DNA of 32,115 nt from an uncultured bacterium (GCA_963978095.1 CAXBQP010000034.1:1-32115), one strand, 5' to 3'; counted from the stretch's first letter, positions 18,379-28,856 are shown. Notes: generated by a model from the letters alone, not told the origin. Program-made: numbers and translations.

Positions 18379-19476
18379 GTGCGACGCCCCCGGCTTCCAC
18401 GCCCGTCGATGGTGATGCTACCCAACGGCTTCACCCTCGCCAATCTGTTCTGCGGCATCTACGCGATCATCCTCGCCGCCAAGGGCGAGCACCCCTTGGC
18501 CGTACGCTTCATTTTGATCGGAGCCATGTGCGACGCCATGGATGGACGCGTGGCACGCGCGACCGGGACCGGTAGCCCGTTCGGCGCCGAGCTGGACTCG
18601 CTCGTCGACGCGATCTCGTTCGGGCTTGCGCCGGCCCTGATGATGTACTTCGCCGTCCTGCGGCACGACAACTGGGACTGGATCTACGTCTTCCTGTTCT
18701 CCGCCTGCGCCGTGATGCGACTCGCGCGTTTCAACGTCGAGCAGGCGGGGCGCGCCAAGAAATATTTCCGCGGACTTCCGAGTCCGGCCGCCGGTGGCGT
18801 GCTCGCCACCTATTATTGGTTCAGCCAGACGCCGCTGTACAACGACACCATCCTCGTCGACTTGCCGTGGTACACGCTGCTGCGATGGTTGATGGCGACG
18901 CTGGCGTTCCTGATGATCAGCAACGTACCGTACCCGGCGTGGCCGACCTTCAGCCTTCGCACGCTGCGAGGCGGAATCGGTCTGGTCCTCTTCGTGGGAC
19001 TGGGATTCGGCCTGATCTTCCTCCCCAAGGAGTTCTTCTTCCCCGTCGGGATCAGCTACGTGCTGTTCGGCGTGCTGGCCGCCGTGCTCCGCGGCCTGAC
19101 CGAGCGGCAACCGGGTACTCCTGAACCGCACGGCGAGGAGTTCCAGGAGGATCTCGACGAGGACGATTACGTCACCACATTGGCCGACGAACTCGAGGAT
19201 GTCGAGTTCGATGACCCGCCCCCGCGTACGTCGCCAGAGCGAACACATAAGCCGCAGACCAGACCGCAACCCAAGCGGGAACCCAAGCCGCAACCGCAAG
19301 GGCAGCCGCAACCCAGACCCGCAGCCGCCCCGGACGCCGAGCGCGCGGACGATCGCGAGGACGGGGAATCGTCCCCGCCGTCCGAGCACAGCAAGCGTCG
19401 CCGTCGTCGTCGCCGCCGTCCCCGTGGCGGCCCCCGTACTCCTGACCAGAACACCTCCGAGGATTCGCCAGAATGA
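18379..19476 (+). CDS. pssA: CDP-diacylglycerol--serine O-phosphatidyltransferase with long disordered C-terminal tail
   Basis: LPN.FTL.N, CDP-alcohol phosphotransferase motif DAMDGRVAR...GAELDSLVD, RLARFN, F.GLPSPA; adjacent to psd. Confidence 0.92.
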   Translation: MRRPRLPRPSMVMLPNGFTLANLFCGIYAIILAAKGEHPLAVRFILIGAMCDAMDGRVARATGTGSPFGAELDSLVDAISFGLAPALMMYFAVLRHDNWDWIYVFLFSACAVMRLARFNVEQAGRAKKYFRGLPSPAAGGVLATYYWFSQTPLYNDTILVDLPWYTLLRWLMATLAFLMISNVPYPAWPTFSLRTLRGGIGLVLFVGLGFGLIFLPKEFFFPVGISYVLFGVLAAVLRGLTERQPGTPEPHGEEFQEDLDEDDYVTTLADELEDVEFDDPPPRTSPERTHKPQTRPQPKREPKPQPQGQPQPRPAAAPDAERADDREDGESSPPSEHSKRRRRRRRRPRGGPRTPDQNTSEDSPE

Positions 19477-19730
19477 TGTCGTTTCGTGTGGCCGTGCATG
19501 TGGTTCCCCGCCGTGGCATCCTCGACCCGCAGGGCAAGGCCGTCACCGAAGCACTCCATTCGCTCGGCTTCTCCGCCGTTGCGGAGGTGCACGTCGGTCG
19601 GCATCTCGTGATCCAGACGACGGCCACTGATGCCGCCGCCGCGGAAGCGAGCGTTCGCACGATGTGCGCCAAGTTGCTCGCGAATCCGGTGACCGAAGAC
19701 TTCGAAATCGCTTCCGTGGTGGCGGCGTGA
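19473..19730 (+). CDS. purS: FGAM synthase subunit PurS
   Basis: ILDPQGKAV, LLANPV.EDF; start 19473 or 19476. Confidence 0.95.
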   Translation: MMSFRVAVHVVPRRGILDPQGKAVTEALHSLGFSAVAEVHVGRHLVIQTTATDAAAAEASVRTMCAKLLANPVTEDFEIASVVAA

Positions 19731-20416
19731 AGGTCGGCATCGTTCGGTTCCCTGGCTCGAACTGCGAAGACGATGCGTGGCACGCGATCGTCGACCACCT
19801 TGGCGAGGAGGCCGTCATCCTCTGGCACAAGGACCACGACCTCCAAGGATCGGACGTCGTGATCCTCCCCGGGGGCTTCAGCTATGGCGATTATTTGCGC
19901 TCCGGCGCGATCGCCCGGTTCAGCCCCATCATGACGGAAGTCGAGGCCCACGCCCGGCGCGGCGGCATCGTGCTCGGCATCTGCAATGGCTTCCAGATCG
20001 CGTGCGAGGCGGGCCTCCTCCCCGGCGCCCTGCTTCGCAACGATCGCGGATACCGATCGATGCCGGTCACGATCCGCGTGGAACACACCGACACGGCCTT
20101 CACCGCCGCCGCGCGAACGGGCCAGTGCCTGACGATGCCGATCGCGCATGGCGAGGGACGTTTCACGGCGGACGACGCCACGATGGACCGCCTGGAAAGC
20201 GAGGGCCAGGTCATCTTCCGCTATGTAGATGCCGCCGGGCAACCGACCGAGGCCGCCAATCCCAACGGGGCCACGCACAACATCGCCGGCGTGTGCAACG
20301 CGACCCGCAACGTGATCGGCCTCATGCCGCATCCGGAGCGTGCCATGGAGCCGCTCCACGGTTCGACCGATGGATTGGTCCTGTTCCAATCACTGCTCGC
20401 CACCGCTCGCGCCTGA
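19727..20416 (+). CDS. purQ: FGAM synthase glutaminase subunit
   Basis: [39 protein letters not shown]. Confidence 0.97.
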   Translation: MKVGIVRFPGSNCEDDAWHAIVDHLGEEAVILWHKDHDLQGSDVVILPGGFSYGDYLRSGAIARFSPIMTEVEAHARRGGIVLGICNGFQIACEAGLLPGALLRNDRGYRSMPVTIRVEHTDTAFTAAARTGQCLTMPIAHGEGRFTADDATMDRLESEGQVIFRYVDAAGQPTEAANPNGATHNIAGVCNATRNVIGLMPHPERAMEPLHGSTDGLVLFQSLLATARA

Positions 20417-20438
20417 CCTTATCCCGGCTGCCGATCTC

Positions 20439-22745
20439 GTGACTGCAACTCCACGCTCAGGCGATCCCGTCATCACACCGGCCCTCGTGGCCGAACACGG
20501 GCTCACCGCGGACGAATACCAGCGCCTCGAACGCATGCTCGGGCGCACCCCCACCTTCACCGAGCTGGGCATCATCAGTGCGCTCTGGAGCGAGCACTGC
20601 TCCTACAAACACTCGCGCCCGGTGCTCAAGACGCTCCCCACGCAGGCACCGTGGGTGCTCCAGGGTCCCGGTGAGAATGCCGGCGTCATCAGCATCGGCG
20701 ACGGCATGGCCGTCGCCTTCAAGATCGAGTCGCACAATCACCCGTCGGCCGTCGAGCCCTATCAGGGGGCTGCGACCGGCGTGGGTGGCATTCTTCGGGA
20801 TGTCTTCACGATGGGTGCACGCCCGATCGCGATGCTCAACTCGCTCCGATTCGGATCGCTCGACACTCCGCGCGTTCGCTACTTGGTCGGCGGCGTCGTC
20901 AAGGGGATCGGCGACTACGGCAACTGCATGGGCGTTCCGACGGTCGCGGGCGACGTCATGTTCGACGCGGCGTACGAGGGGAACCCGCTGGTCAACGCGA
21001 TGTGCGTCGGCGTCATGCGCGAAGAGGAACTCATCCGCGCCAAAGCGGAGGGTGTTGGCAATCTCATCATGGCGGTCGGCGCGCGCACCGGGCGCGACGG
21101 CATCCATGGCGCCTCCTTCGCCTCCGAGGATCTGTCGCACGAGAACGACGCCAAGCGCCCGCGCGTGCAAGTCGGTGATCCCTTCACGGAGAAGCTCCTG
21201 CTCGAAGCCACGCTCGAGTTGATCGCCAGCGGTGCCTGTGTGGCGATCCAGGACATGGGCGCGGCGGGACTCACGTCCTCGAGCGCCGAGATGGCCGAGC
21301 GCGGCGAGGTCGGCGTCGAGATCGATACGCGCAAGGTGCCGGTGCGCGAAGCTGGCATGACGCCGTACGAGATCCTGCTCAGCGAATCGCAGGAGCGCAT
21401 GCTCGTCGTGGCCCACAAGGGACGCGACGCCGAAGTGCGCGCCATCCTCCAGAAGTGGGACCTCACCGCTGCGGTGATCGGCGAGGTGATCGCGGAGCCG
21501 GTCTACCGCGTCAAGGAAGGCGACCATGTCGTGGCCGAGTTCCCCGGCACGCGGCTCGTCACCGACTGCCCGTTCTATTACCCGGAGTCGGCGGAAAGTC
21601 CGACCATCGTCGCGCTGCGGGCGCGCGATGTGCATGCCGTCGCCGAGCGTGCCGAAGAAGCGGATCCGGCGTGGACCCTTGCACGCCTCCTCGAGGCACC
21701 CACGATCGCCAGCAAGCGCTGGATCTCGCAGCAGTACGATTCCACGGTTCGCGCCAACACGGTCTTCGGTCCCGGCGGTGCCGACGCCGCCGTGGTGCGC
21801 GTGCGCGGCACGAACAAGGCGCTCGCGATGAAGACCGACTGCAATGGTCGATACGTGTATCTCGACCCGCGGGTCGGCGGGCGGATCGCCGTCGCCGAAG
21901 CGGCCCGCAATGTGGCATGCACCGGGGCGCGCCCCCTGGCCGTCACGAACTGCCTGAACTTCGGGAACCCGAAGCGCCCCGAGATCTTCTTCCAGTTCAA
22001 GGAAGCCGTCGGCGGGATGGGTGATGCCTGCCGCGCGCTCGACACTCCAGTCACGGGGGGCAACGTCTCGCTCTATAACGAAAGCCCGATCGGCGCCGTG
22101 TACCCGACGCCGACGATCGGCATGGTGGGGTTGCTCCAGGACGCCTCCAAGGCGGTCGGCTCAGCGTTCCGGTCCGCGGGCGATGCGATTGTGCTCCTTG
22201 GAACACCCACCGACGAACTCGGCGCCAGCGAATACCTCGCGTGGATTCATGGCGTCGTCGCCGGCGCGCCACCGTCCTGCGATCTCGCCGGCGAGCGCGC
22301 CCTGATCGATACGCTCTGCGCACTCGCGGACGCTCGACTCCTTCGCTCCGCCCACGATTGCAGCGAAGGGGGCCTGGCCGTGGCTCTCGCGGAATCTGCG
22401 ATCGGCGACCGCGAGCATCCGTTCGGCGTCGCCGTCGACCTGGCCGCATGGCACACACTGCCGCTGCGGGCGCTGCTCTTCGGTGAAGCACAAGGACGTG
22501 CGGTGGTCAGCACGGCGAATGCCGAAGCGGTGCTCGACGTGGCCAAGGCGCACGGCGTTCCGGCGCGCGTGATCGGTCGCGTGACCGATGCCAGCGCGGG
22601 CTTCCGCATCGAAGGCGGATCGCGCCCGGTGCACGCGGACGTCACGACCCTCGCGATGTCGTTCCACGAGGCACTTCCTGTTGCCATGCGGCGTGCCCCC
22701 GCGGACGCCATCACTACCGACCCTGCGGCGGGAGCACCAGCCTGA
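20439..22745 (+). CDS. purL: FGAM synthase small-type PurL
   Basis: [51 protein letters not shown] 20439. Confidence 0.97.
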   Translation: MTATPRSGDPVITPALVAEHGLTADEYQRLERMLGRTPTFTELGIISALWSEHCSYKHSRPVLKTLPTQAPWVLQGPGENAGVISIGDGMAVAFKIESHNHPSAVEPYQGAATGVGGILRDVFTMGARPIAMLNSLRFGSLDTPRVRYLVGGVVKGIGDYGNCMGVPTVAGDVMFDAAYEGNPLVNAMCVGVMREEELIRAKAEGVGNLIMAVGARTGRDGIHGASFASEDLSHENDAKRPRVQVGDPFTEKLLLEATLELIASGACVAIQDMGAAGLTSSSAEMAERGEVGVEIDTRKVPVREAGMTPYEILLSESQERMLVVAHKGRDAEVRAILQKWDLTAAVIGEVIAEPVYRVKEGDHVVAEFPGTRLVTDCPFYYPESAESPTIVALRARDVHAVAERAEEADPAWTLARLLEAPTIASKRWISQQYDSTVRANTVFGPGGADAAVVRVRGTNKALAMKTDCNGRYVYLDPRVGGRIAVAEAARNVACTGARPLAVTNCLNFGNPKRPEIFFQFKEAVGGMGDACRALDTPVTGGNVSLYNESPIGAVYPTPTIGMVGLLQDASKAVGSAFRSAGDAIVLLGTPTDELGASEYLAWIHGVVAGAPPSCDLAGERALIDTLCALADARLLRSAHDCSEGGLAVALAESAIGDREHPFGVAVDLAAWHTLPLRALLFGEAQGRAVVSTANAEAVLDVAKAHGVPARVIGRVTDASAGFRIEGGSRPVHADVTTLAMSFHEALPVAMRRAPADAITTDPAAGAPA

Positions 22746-24127
22746 TGTGTGGAATCTTCGGCATCTCCGGACACGCGGACGCAGCGACCCTCACGCACCT
22801 CGGACTCTACTCGCTGCAGCATCGCGGGCAGGAATCGGCCGGCATCGTCGCCGCCGACGAGGGCGGTCAGGCGCACGGCATCCGCGCCATGGGACTCGTG
22901 GGCGAGAAATTCGGCCCGGACGTTCTCGAGAAACTGAAAGGCTCGACCGCCATCGGCCATACCCGCTACTCGACCGCCGGATCGTCGACGATCGAGAACG
23001 CACAACCCGCGCTGGTGAACTTCAAGGGCGGGCACATCGCCCTCGCGCACAACGGGAATCTCACCAACGCGACGGAGATCCGCGGAAAGCTCGAGTCCGT
23101 CGGCAGCATCTTCAGCTCGACCATGGACTCCGAGGTCCTCGTGCATCGGCTGGCGCGATCCATGGCCGTGCGCCCCGAAGCACAGATGGCCGAGGCCCTG
23201 CAGGGGGTGGAAGGTGCGTACTCGTTGCTGGTGTTGATCAACGACACCCTGCTCGCTGCGCGCGACCCGAATGGCTGGAGACCGCTGGTGATGGGAATGC
23301 TCGGCGACGCCGTCGTCTTCGCGTCCGAGACCTGCGCCCTCGACATCGTGGGAGCGACGCTCGTACGCGAAGTACTCCCCGGCGAGATCGTCGCCGTCGA
23401 TCGTGACGGCCTCCGCTCGCATCAACTCCCGGCGGCTTCCCCCCTGCACCGCTGCGTCTTCGAACATGTGTACTTCGCCCGTCCCGACAGTCAGGTGTTC
23501 GGCGGCTCCGTCGATCGCGCGCGGCGCGCGCTCGGCCGGCGGCTCGCCGTCGAACACCCGACGCCGGGAGCGGATTTCGTCTTCGCGGTCCCTGACTCTT
23601 CCAATGCGGCGGCACTGGGGTACGCGGAACAAGCCAAGCTCCCGCTCGAACACGCCCTGATCCGCAATCACTACGTGGGTCGCACCTTCATCCAGCCCAC
23701 ACAGGCGGGACGGGACGCGAAAGTGAAGGTGAAGTTCAATCCCGTCCGTGAGATCCTGCAGGGGAAGAGCGTCGTCATGGTCGACGATTCCATCGTCCGC
23801 GGCACCACGACCCGCGGGCTCGTCGCCCTCGTGCGAGCGGCCGGCGCGCGTGAAGTCCACATGCGCGTGAGCTCGCCGCCGATCACCGGCCCGTGCTGGT
23901 ACGGGATCGACACGCCGGACAAGGATCAACTGATCGCGGCCAGGCTCCCCCTCGACGAGATCGCCGATGCCATCGGCGTCGACTCGCTCGGGTACATCTC
24001 GCTCGACGGGATGCTCGGCGCCGTGCCGGACGGCCCGCACGGTTTCTGTCACGCCTGTTTTTCTGGCCAGTATCCGACGCAGCCACCGTCGGTGGCGAGC
24101 AAAATGCGCCTTGGCGGTCGCGCCTGA
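22745..24127 (+). CDS. purF: amidophosphoribosyltransferase (Fe-S type)
   Basis: N-terminal MCGI, QHRGQE, GHTRYST, VDDSIVRG, Fe-S Cys in CVFE, PCWYGID and CHAC. Confidence 0.97.
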   Translation: MCGIFGISGHADAATLTHLGLYSLQHRGQESAGIVAADEGGQAHGIRAMGLVGEKFGPDVLEKLKGSTAIGHTRYSTAGSSTIENAQPALVNFKGGHIALAHNGNLTNATEIRGKLESVGSIFSSTMDSEVLVHRLARSMAVRPEAQMAEALQGVEGAYSLLVLINDTLLAARDPNGWRPLVMGMLGDAVVFASETCALDIVGATLVREVLPGEIVAVDRDGLRSHQLPAASPLHRCVFEHVYFARPDSQVFGGSVDRARRALGRRLAVEHPTPGADFVFAVPDSSNAAALGYAEQAKLPLEHALIRNHYVGRTFIQPTQAGRDAKVKVKFNPVREILQGKSVVMVDDSIVRGTTTRGLVALVRAAGAREVHMRVSSPPITGPCWYGIDTPDKDQLIAARLPLDEIADAIGVDSLGYISLDGMLGAVPDGPHGFCHACFSGQYPTQPPSVASKMRLGGRA

Positions 24128-24148
24128 CCTCTTTCCCGTGTGGTCCCC

Positions 24149-26809
24149 GTGAGTAAGTCTGTCTTCTCATTCGGTAACGGAATCGCGGAAGGAACGCGTG
24201 AGTGGAAGGATCGCCTTGGTGGAAAAGGTGCCAACCTCCACGAGATGACGAACCTCGGAATCCCCGTACCACCGGGATTCACCATCTGCTGCGACGTCTG
24301 CGACAGCTATCTCGCCGGCGGCGGTATCGCGGCCGCCCTGCGTGCGGAAGTGGATGCCGCATTGACGAAGCTCGAGGCCCACTCCGGGCGCCGCTTCGGA
24401 GACCCCGAGAATCCGCTGCTCGTGTCCGTGCGCTCCGGGGCGCGCGTATCGATGCCCGGCATGATGGAGACCATCCTCAACCTTGGCCTCAACGACACCA
24501 CCGTCGAAGCGCTGGCCGCGCAAAGCAACAACCCGCGGTTCGCCTACGATTCGTATCGTCGCTTTCTGCAGATGTATGGCGATGTCGTGATGGGAGTCGA
24601 CATCCACCAGTTCGAGGCGCTCCTCGCCTCGAAGCGGATGGTGGCCGGTGTGAAGACGGACGCGGAAGTCCCCGCGGAGGCGTTGAAGATCTTGGTTGGC
24701 GAGTACAAAGCGCTCGTGCGGCACACCGCCGGCCGAGAGCTCCCGATGGATCCGCGCGAGCAGCTCTGGGGCGCGATCGAGGCCGTCTGGAAGTCTTGGA
24801 CGTTGAAGAAGGCGGTGGACTACCGACGCGTGAACTTCATTCCCGAGGCACCGGGCACAGCCGTGAACATCATGGCCATGGTCTTCGGCAACCTCGGCGA
24901 CGATTCCGGGACCGGCGTGGCGTTCACGCGTGACCCCAGCACCGGCGAACGTCGATTCTACGGGGAGTTCCTGGTGAACGCGCAGGGCGAGGACGTCGTG
25001 GCGGGCATCCGCACGCCGCTTCCCATCGACCAGATGGAGCGCGCGCTCCCCGACGCGTATCAGGCGCTGATCAAGGTGCAGGACACCCTCGAGCTCCATT
25101 TCCGCGACATGCAGGACTTGGAGTTCACCGTCGAGCGCGGCACGCTGTATATGCTGCAGACGCGCACCGGGAAGCGCACCGTGGCCGCCGCCGTCCGGAT
25201 CGCGCACGAGATGGTGGCCGAAGGACTCATCGCCACCGACGACGCCGTCCGCCGCGTGCACCCGGCGCAACTCGACCAGCTGCTGCATCCCGTGCTCGAC
25301 CCCAGTGCGCAGGCCAAGGCCATCTGCGCCGGTCTCCCGGCGAGCCCCGGTGCGGCGAGCGGCATCGTCGTGTTCGACGCCGATGTCGCGGAGCAACGCG
25401 CCGGCAAAGGCGAGGCCGTAATCCTCGTGCGCGAGGAGACCACGCCTGAGGATTTCCACGGCATCGTCGCCGCGCGTGCAGTGCTCACCGAGCGTGGCGG
25501 CATGACGAGCCATGCCGCCGTCGTGGCGCGCGGCATGGGCAAGTGCGCGATCGTCGGATGCAAGGACATCTCGGTCGACATCGCGCACCGTCGCTTCACC
25601 GTCGGGGAGGTCGTCGTCAGCGAGGGCGACTGGATCACCCTCGACGGCGGCACGGGCAAGGTGTATCCCGGACACCTCCCGACGGTCCCGAGCGAGGTCA
25701 TGCGCGTGATCGGCGGATCGCTCGCCGCTGACGATGCGCCGGTGTTCAAGTCGTACGACGAACTGCTCGGCTGGGCCGACGAGGCCCGTCGACTCAAGGT
25801 GCGCGCCAATGCCGACACGCCGAAGGACGCGCGCGTCGCCCGACAGTTCGGTGCCGAAGGGATCGGCCTCTGCCGGACCGAACACATGTTCTTCGAGGGG
25901 GATCGCATCACGCCCATGCGCGAGATGATCGTCGCGCACGACGAAGCCGGCCGTCGCCGCGCCCTGGCCAAGCTCCTGCCGATGCAACGCGCCGACTTCG
26001 AGGGGATCTTCGAGGCGATGTCCGGATTTCCAGTGACGATCCGCTTGCTCGATCCTCCGCTACACGAGTTCCTCCCGCATGGTGGCGAGGAATCCAAGCT
26101 GCTCGCCCGTACCCTCGGCATGAACCGCGCCGAACTCAATCACCTCGTGGAGTCGTTGCGGGAGACGAACCCCATGCTGGGGCATCGCGGCTGCCGACTC
26201 GGCATCACTTATCCCGAGATCACCGAGATGCAGGCGCGCGCCATCTTCGAAGCCGCGGTCAAGGTGAAGCGGCGCGGCGTCGACGTGCGCCCGGAGATCA
26301 TGATCCCGCTCGTCAGCACCGTTGAGGAGTTCGTGAACCAACGGAAGGTCATCGATGACCAGGCCGAAAAGGTCCTGGGCGCCATGGGGGAGCAGATCCC
26401 GTATCTCGTCGGCACGATGATCGAGCTCCCGCGCGCCGCCCTGACGGCAGATCTCATTGCCGCAAAAGCGGAGTTCTTCTCCTTCGGCACGAACGACCTC
26501 ACGCAGACCACGCTCGGGCTGTCGCGGGACGATGCCGGCAGGTTTCTGCCGCTGTACGTCGAAAAGGGGATCTTCCCCGAGGATCCGTTCCGCGTGCTCG
26601 ACGAGGGTGGCGTGGGGCAGCTCATCACGATGGCCACGCAGAAGGGGCGCGCGGTGCGCCCCGGCCTGAAGGTGGGGATCTGCGGTGAACATGGCGGGGA
26701 GGAAAGATCCGTGCGTTTCTTCCATCACGCAGGGCTCGACTATGTGTCCTGCTCGCCCTTCCGAGTGCCGATCGCGCGATTGGCGGCCGGTCAGGCGGCG
26801 TTGGGCTGA
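24149..26809 (+). CDS. ppdK: pyruvate, phosphate dikinase
   Basis: LGGKGANL.EM, LLVSVRSGA..SMPGMM, GGMTSHAAVVARG (phospho-His), GIGLCRTEHMF, FSFGTNDLTQ, GICGEHGG. Confidence 0.97.
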   Translation: MSKSVFSFGNGIAEGTREWKDRLGGKGANLHEMTNLGIPVPPGFTICCDVCDSYLAGGGIAAALRAEVDAALTKLEAHSGRRFGDPENPLLVSVRSGARVSMPGMMETILNLGLNDTTVEALAAQSNNPRFAYDSYRRFLQMYGDVVMGVDIHQFEALLASKRMVAGVKTDAEVPAEALKILVGEYKALVRHTAGRELPMDPREQLWGAIEAVWKSWTLKKAVDYRRVNFIPEAPGTAVNIMAMVFGNLGDDSGTGVAFTRDPSTGERRFYGEFLVNAQGEDVVAGIRTPLPIDQMERALPDAYQALIKVQDTLELHFRDMQDLEFTVERGTLYMLQTRTGKRTVAAAVRIAHEMVAEGLIATDDAVRRVHPAQLDQLLHPVLDPSAQAKAICAGLPASPGAASGIVVFDADVAEQRAGKGEAVILVREETTPEDFHGIVAARAVLTERGGMTSHAAVVARGMGKCAIVGCKDISVDIAHRRFTVGEVVVSEGDWITLDGGTGKVYPGHLPTVPSEVMRVIGGSLAADDAPVFKSYDELLGWADEARRLKVRANADTPKDARVARQFGAEGIGLCRTEHMFFEGDRITPMREMIVAHDEAGRRRALAKLLPMQRADFEGIFEAMSGFPVTIRLLDPPLHEFLPHGGEESKLLARTLGMNRAELNHLVESLRETNPMLGHRGCRLGITYPEITEMQARAIFEAAVKVKRRGVDVRPEIMIPLVSTVEEFVNQRKVIDDQAEKVLGAMGEQIPYLVGTMIELPRAALTADLIAAKAEFFSFGTNDLTQTTLGLSRDDAGRFLPLYVEKGIFPEDPFRVLDEGGVGQLITMATQKGRAVRPGLKVGICGEHGGEERSVRFFHHAGLDYVSCSPFRVPIARLAAGQAALG

Positions 26810-26840
26810 TTAAACCAGGAGACGGAGCCGAGAGCCCTCG

Positions 26841-27095
26841 ATGTTCGACTCCCCGGTGCTCAAGCGCCGCATGCGGTGGACGATCCTGGCCTTCTTCCTC
26901 GTCTGGATCCCGGGGACGATCTGGCTCGGCGTGGACCACGGGTCGCGGCTGCGGTTCGGCGGGGACGATCTGCAGCATGCCGGCCCCATCGTGGAGGGAT
27001 TGCTCAACATGGGGTTCTTCATGGGGGCGCCCGCCCTGTTCGCGGCCCTGCTGGTCTTCGTCGTCCACGCTTGGCGGACCGAACGGTCGGATTAG
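26841..27095 (+). CDS. small hypothetical membrane protein (two TM segments)
   Basis: 84-aa ORF filling the gap between ppdK and the ars promoter, with two hydrophobic stretches. Confidence 0.6.
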   Translation: MFDSPVLKRRMRWTILAFFLVWIPGTIWLGVDHGSRLRFGGDDLQHAGPIVEGLLNMGFFMGAPALFAALLVFVVHAWRTERSD

Positions 27096-27111
27096 GCGCC
27101 CCACAGACCAT

Positions 27112-27146
27112 TTGACGTATCAATATATTTAGATATATTGATACGT
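27112..27146 (+). promoter_or_regulatory. ars promoter overlapped by an ArsR operator palindrome
   Basis: Perfect 14-bp inverted repeat ACGTATCAATATAT-TTAG-ATATATTGATACGT (27115-27146); TTGACG (27112-17), 16 bp, TATATT (27134-39). Confidence 0.85.
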
Positions 27147-27551
27147 ATGGCCAAATCACTCACCGTTCTCGCCCCCGCTGCTGCGCGCTACCACGTGGAG
27201 CGCCCCGAGGCGGTTGCGACGGCGACGTCCTTGTCAGCGGATTTTGAGCGACAGGCGGCACTCTTCCATGCCCTCTCCGATCCGCGCCGTCTGACGATTC
27301 TCACGCACCTGCAGGCGGGTGAGCGGTGCGTCTGCCACCTCCAAGATGCCATCGACTTGGGGCAGTCCCTCCTCTCCTTCCACCTCAAGGCCCTGCGCGA
27401 TGCGGGGTTGGTGGTGAGCCGACGAGACGGACGCTGGATGCACTACCGCCTGTCGCCCGCCGGATGGTCGGCGGCCCACGATGCGATCGCAGCACTGCGC
27501 CCCACCGCCACGACAGGCACGCCGAGCACGCACGTCGTCTGCTGCGACTGA
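27147..27551 (+). CDS. arsR: ArsR/SmtB-family As(III)-responsive repressor
   Basis: FHALSDPRRL.IL, ERCVC, QS.LSFHLK.L.DAGLV...RDGRW..Y, C-terminal CC; heads an arsenic operon. Confidence 0.92.
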   Translation: MAKSLTVLAPAAARYHVERPEAVATATSLSADFERQAALFHALSDPRRLTILTHLQAGERCVCHLQDAIDLGQSLLSFHLKALRDAGLVVSRRDGRWMHYRLSPAGWSAAHDAIAALRPTATTGTPSTHVVCCD

Positions 27552-27600
27552 ACCGCGTCAGGAACTGTCCCCTCGACCGCCTTTCTCAGGAGCCACAACT

Positions 27601-28413
27601 TTGGGCACCAAAGTCACAACCATCGTGCGCGAACGCTACGGGAAGGCGGCGCTCTCGATTTTGTCGGGTGAACCGAAAGCCGCGTGCTGCGGCACGGGGG
27701 GCTGTTGCGACACGGACCCGATCACCTCGAACCTGTACGAAGCCTCGCAAGTCCAGGGGATCCCCGCAGACGCCGTGCTCGCCTCACTGGGGTGCGGGAA
27801 TCCGACGGCGCTTGCGGAGCTGAACGTGGGAGAAACGGTCCTCGACCTGGGCTCTGGCGGCGGCATCGACGTCCTCCTCTCCGCCCAGCGTGTCGGCCCC
27901 ACGGGCAAGGCATATGGGCTCGACATGACGGATGAGATGCTCGAGCTCGCCAACAAGAACAAGGCGGCGGCAGGGGCCACGAACGTGGAGTTCCTCCGCG
28001 GTGAGATCACGCAGATCCCGCTGCCGGACAACTCGGTCGACGTGATCATCTCGAACTGCGTCATCAACCTGAGCCACGACAAATCGATGGTCCTGCGCGA
28101 AGCGTTCCGTGTGCTCAAGCCGGGGGGACGCTTCGCGGTGTCCGACGTGATCACGCGTGGCGAGGTTCCGCCGGAAGTGCGTCGCTCGGCCGAGTTGTGG
28201 GTCGGATGCATGGCCGGTGCACTCGAAGAAGAGCAGTTCCTGCGGATGCTGCGTGCGGCGGGCTTCGAGAATCCGACCATAGAACCCACACGCATCTACA
28301 CGACGGACGACGCGCGAATCTTTGCCGAAAGTGCAGGACTGGATGTCGACCGCTTCGCGGCGGCGATCGACGGCAAGTTCATGAGCGGCTTTGTGCGCGC
28401 CACCAAGCCGTGA
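27601..28413 (+). CDS. arsM: arsenite S-adenosylmethionine methyltransferase
   Basis: [29 protein letters not shown] conserved cysteines; TTG start after AGGAG. Confidence 0.93.
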   Translation: MGTKVTTIVRERYGKAALSILSGEPKAACCGTGGCCDTDPITSNLYEASQVQGIPADAVLASLGCGNPTALAELNVGETVLDLGSGGGIDVLLSAQRVGPTGKAYGLDMTDEMLELANKNKAAAGATNVEFLRGEITQIPLPDNSVDVIISNCVINLSHDKSMVLREAFRVLKPGGRFAVSDVITRGEVPPEVRRSAELWVGCMAGALEEEQFLRMLRAAGFENPTIEPTRIYTTDDARIFAESAGLDVDRFAAAIDGKFMSGFVRATKP

Positions 28414-28856
28414 GCGGATCATACGAGCTGCGCACGGCGCGGCCGGAGGATTTAGGCGGGGTCACTGCGTTGCTGGCCGCGGTCGACTTGCCGTTCGATG
28501 ATATCTCCCCGACGCTCGACGGGTTCTGGGTAGCGGTGGACGTAGCAGAGATTCTCGGCACCATCGGCCTCGAACGCTACGGCCACGCCGCGCTCCTGCG
28601 TTCGGTCGCGACGAGCCCAAGCGCACGCGGCACCGGCATCGGCGCGGCTCTCGTGGAACGCGCGATTGACGGCGCGACGGCCGCGGGGATCACCGATCTC
28701 TACCTGCTCACCACGACCGCCGTCGAGTGGGCACCACGCTTCGGCTTCGCGCCGGTTGCCCGAGACCGGGTGGCCGAGGCGGTGCGCGGATCGCCGCAGT
28801 TCATGGGCGGCACCTGTTCCAGCGCGGTCGCGATGCACCGCGTGCTCGGCGACTGA
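28410..28856 (+). CDS. arsN2: ArsN2-family GNAT N-acetyltransferase
   Basis: GLERYG..ALLRSVA...RGTGIG, LYLLTTTA, FGF, C-terminal C.SA..M; inside an ars operon. Confidence 0.8.
   Translation: MSGSYELRTARPEDLGGVTALLAAVDLPFDDISPTLDGFWVAVDVAEILGTIGLERYGHAALLRSVATSPSARGTGIGAALVERAIDGATAAGITDLYLLTTTAVEWAPRFGFAPVARDRVAEAVRGSPQFMGGTCSSAVAMHRVLGD

Noticed and set aside
19249..19320. Short repeats as a CRISPR or VNTR array
   Set aside because: Degenerate, codon-phased repeats encoding a Pro/Gln linker, with no spacers or cas genes.
22247..25987. Long antisense ORFs (601 and 606 aa) and similar shadow ORFs elsewhere
   Set aside because: They lie opposite well-conserved purL/purF/ppdK genes, lack recognisable motifs and are expected in high-GC DNA.
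26987..26997. CATCGTGGAGG resembling the tmRNA 3' end junction (CAACGTGGAGG at 32052) as a possible att site
   Set aside because: Too short, includes no T-arm sequence and lies inside an ORF; consistent with chance.
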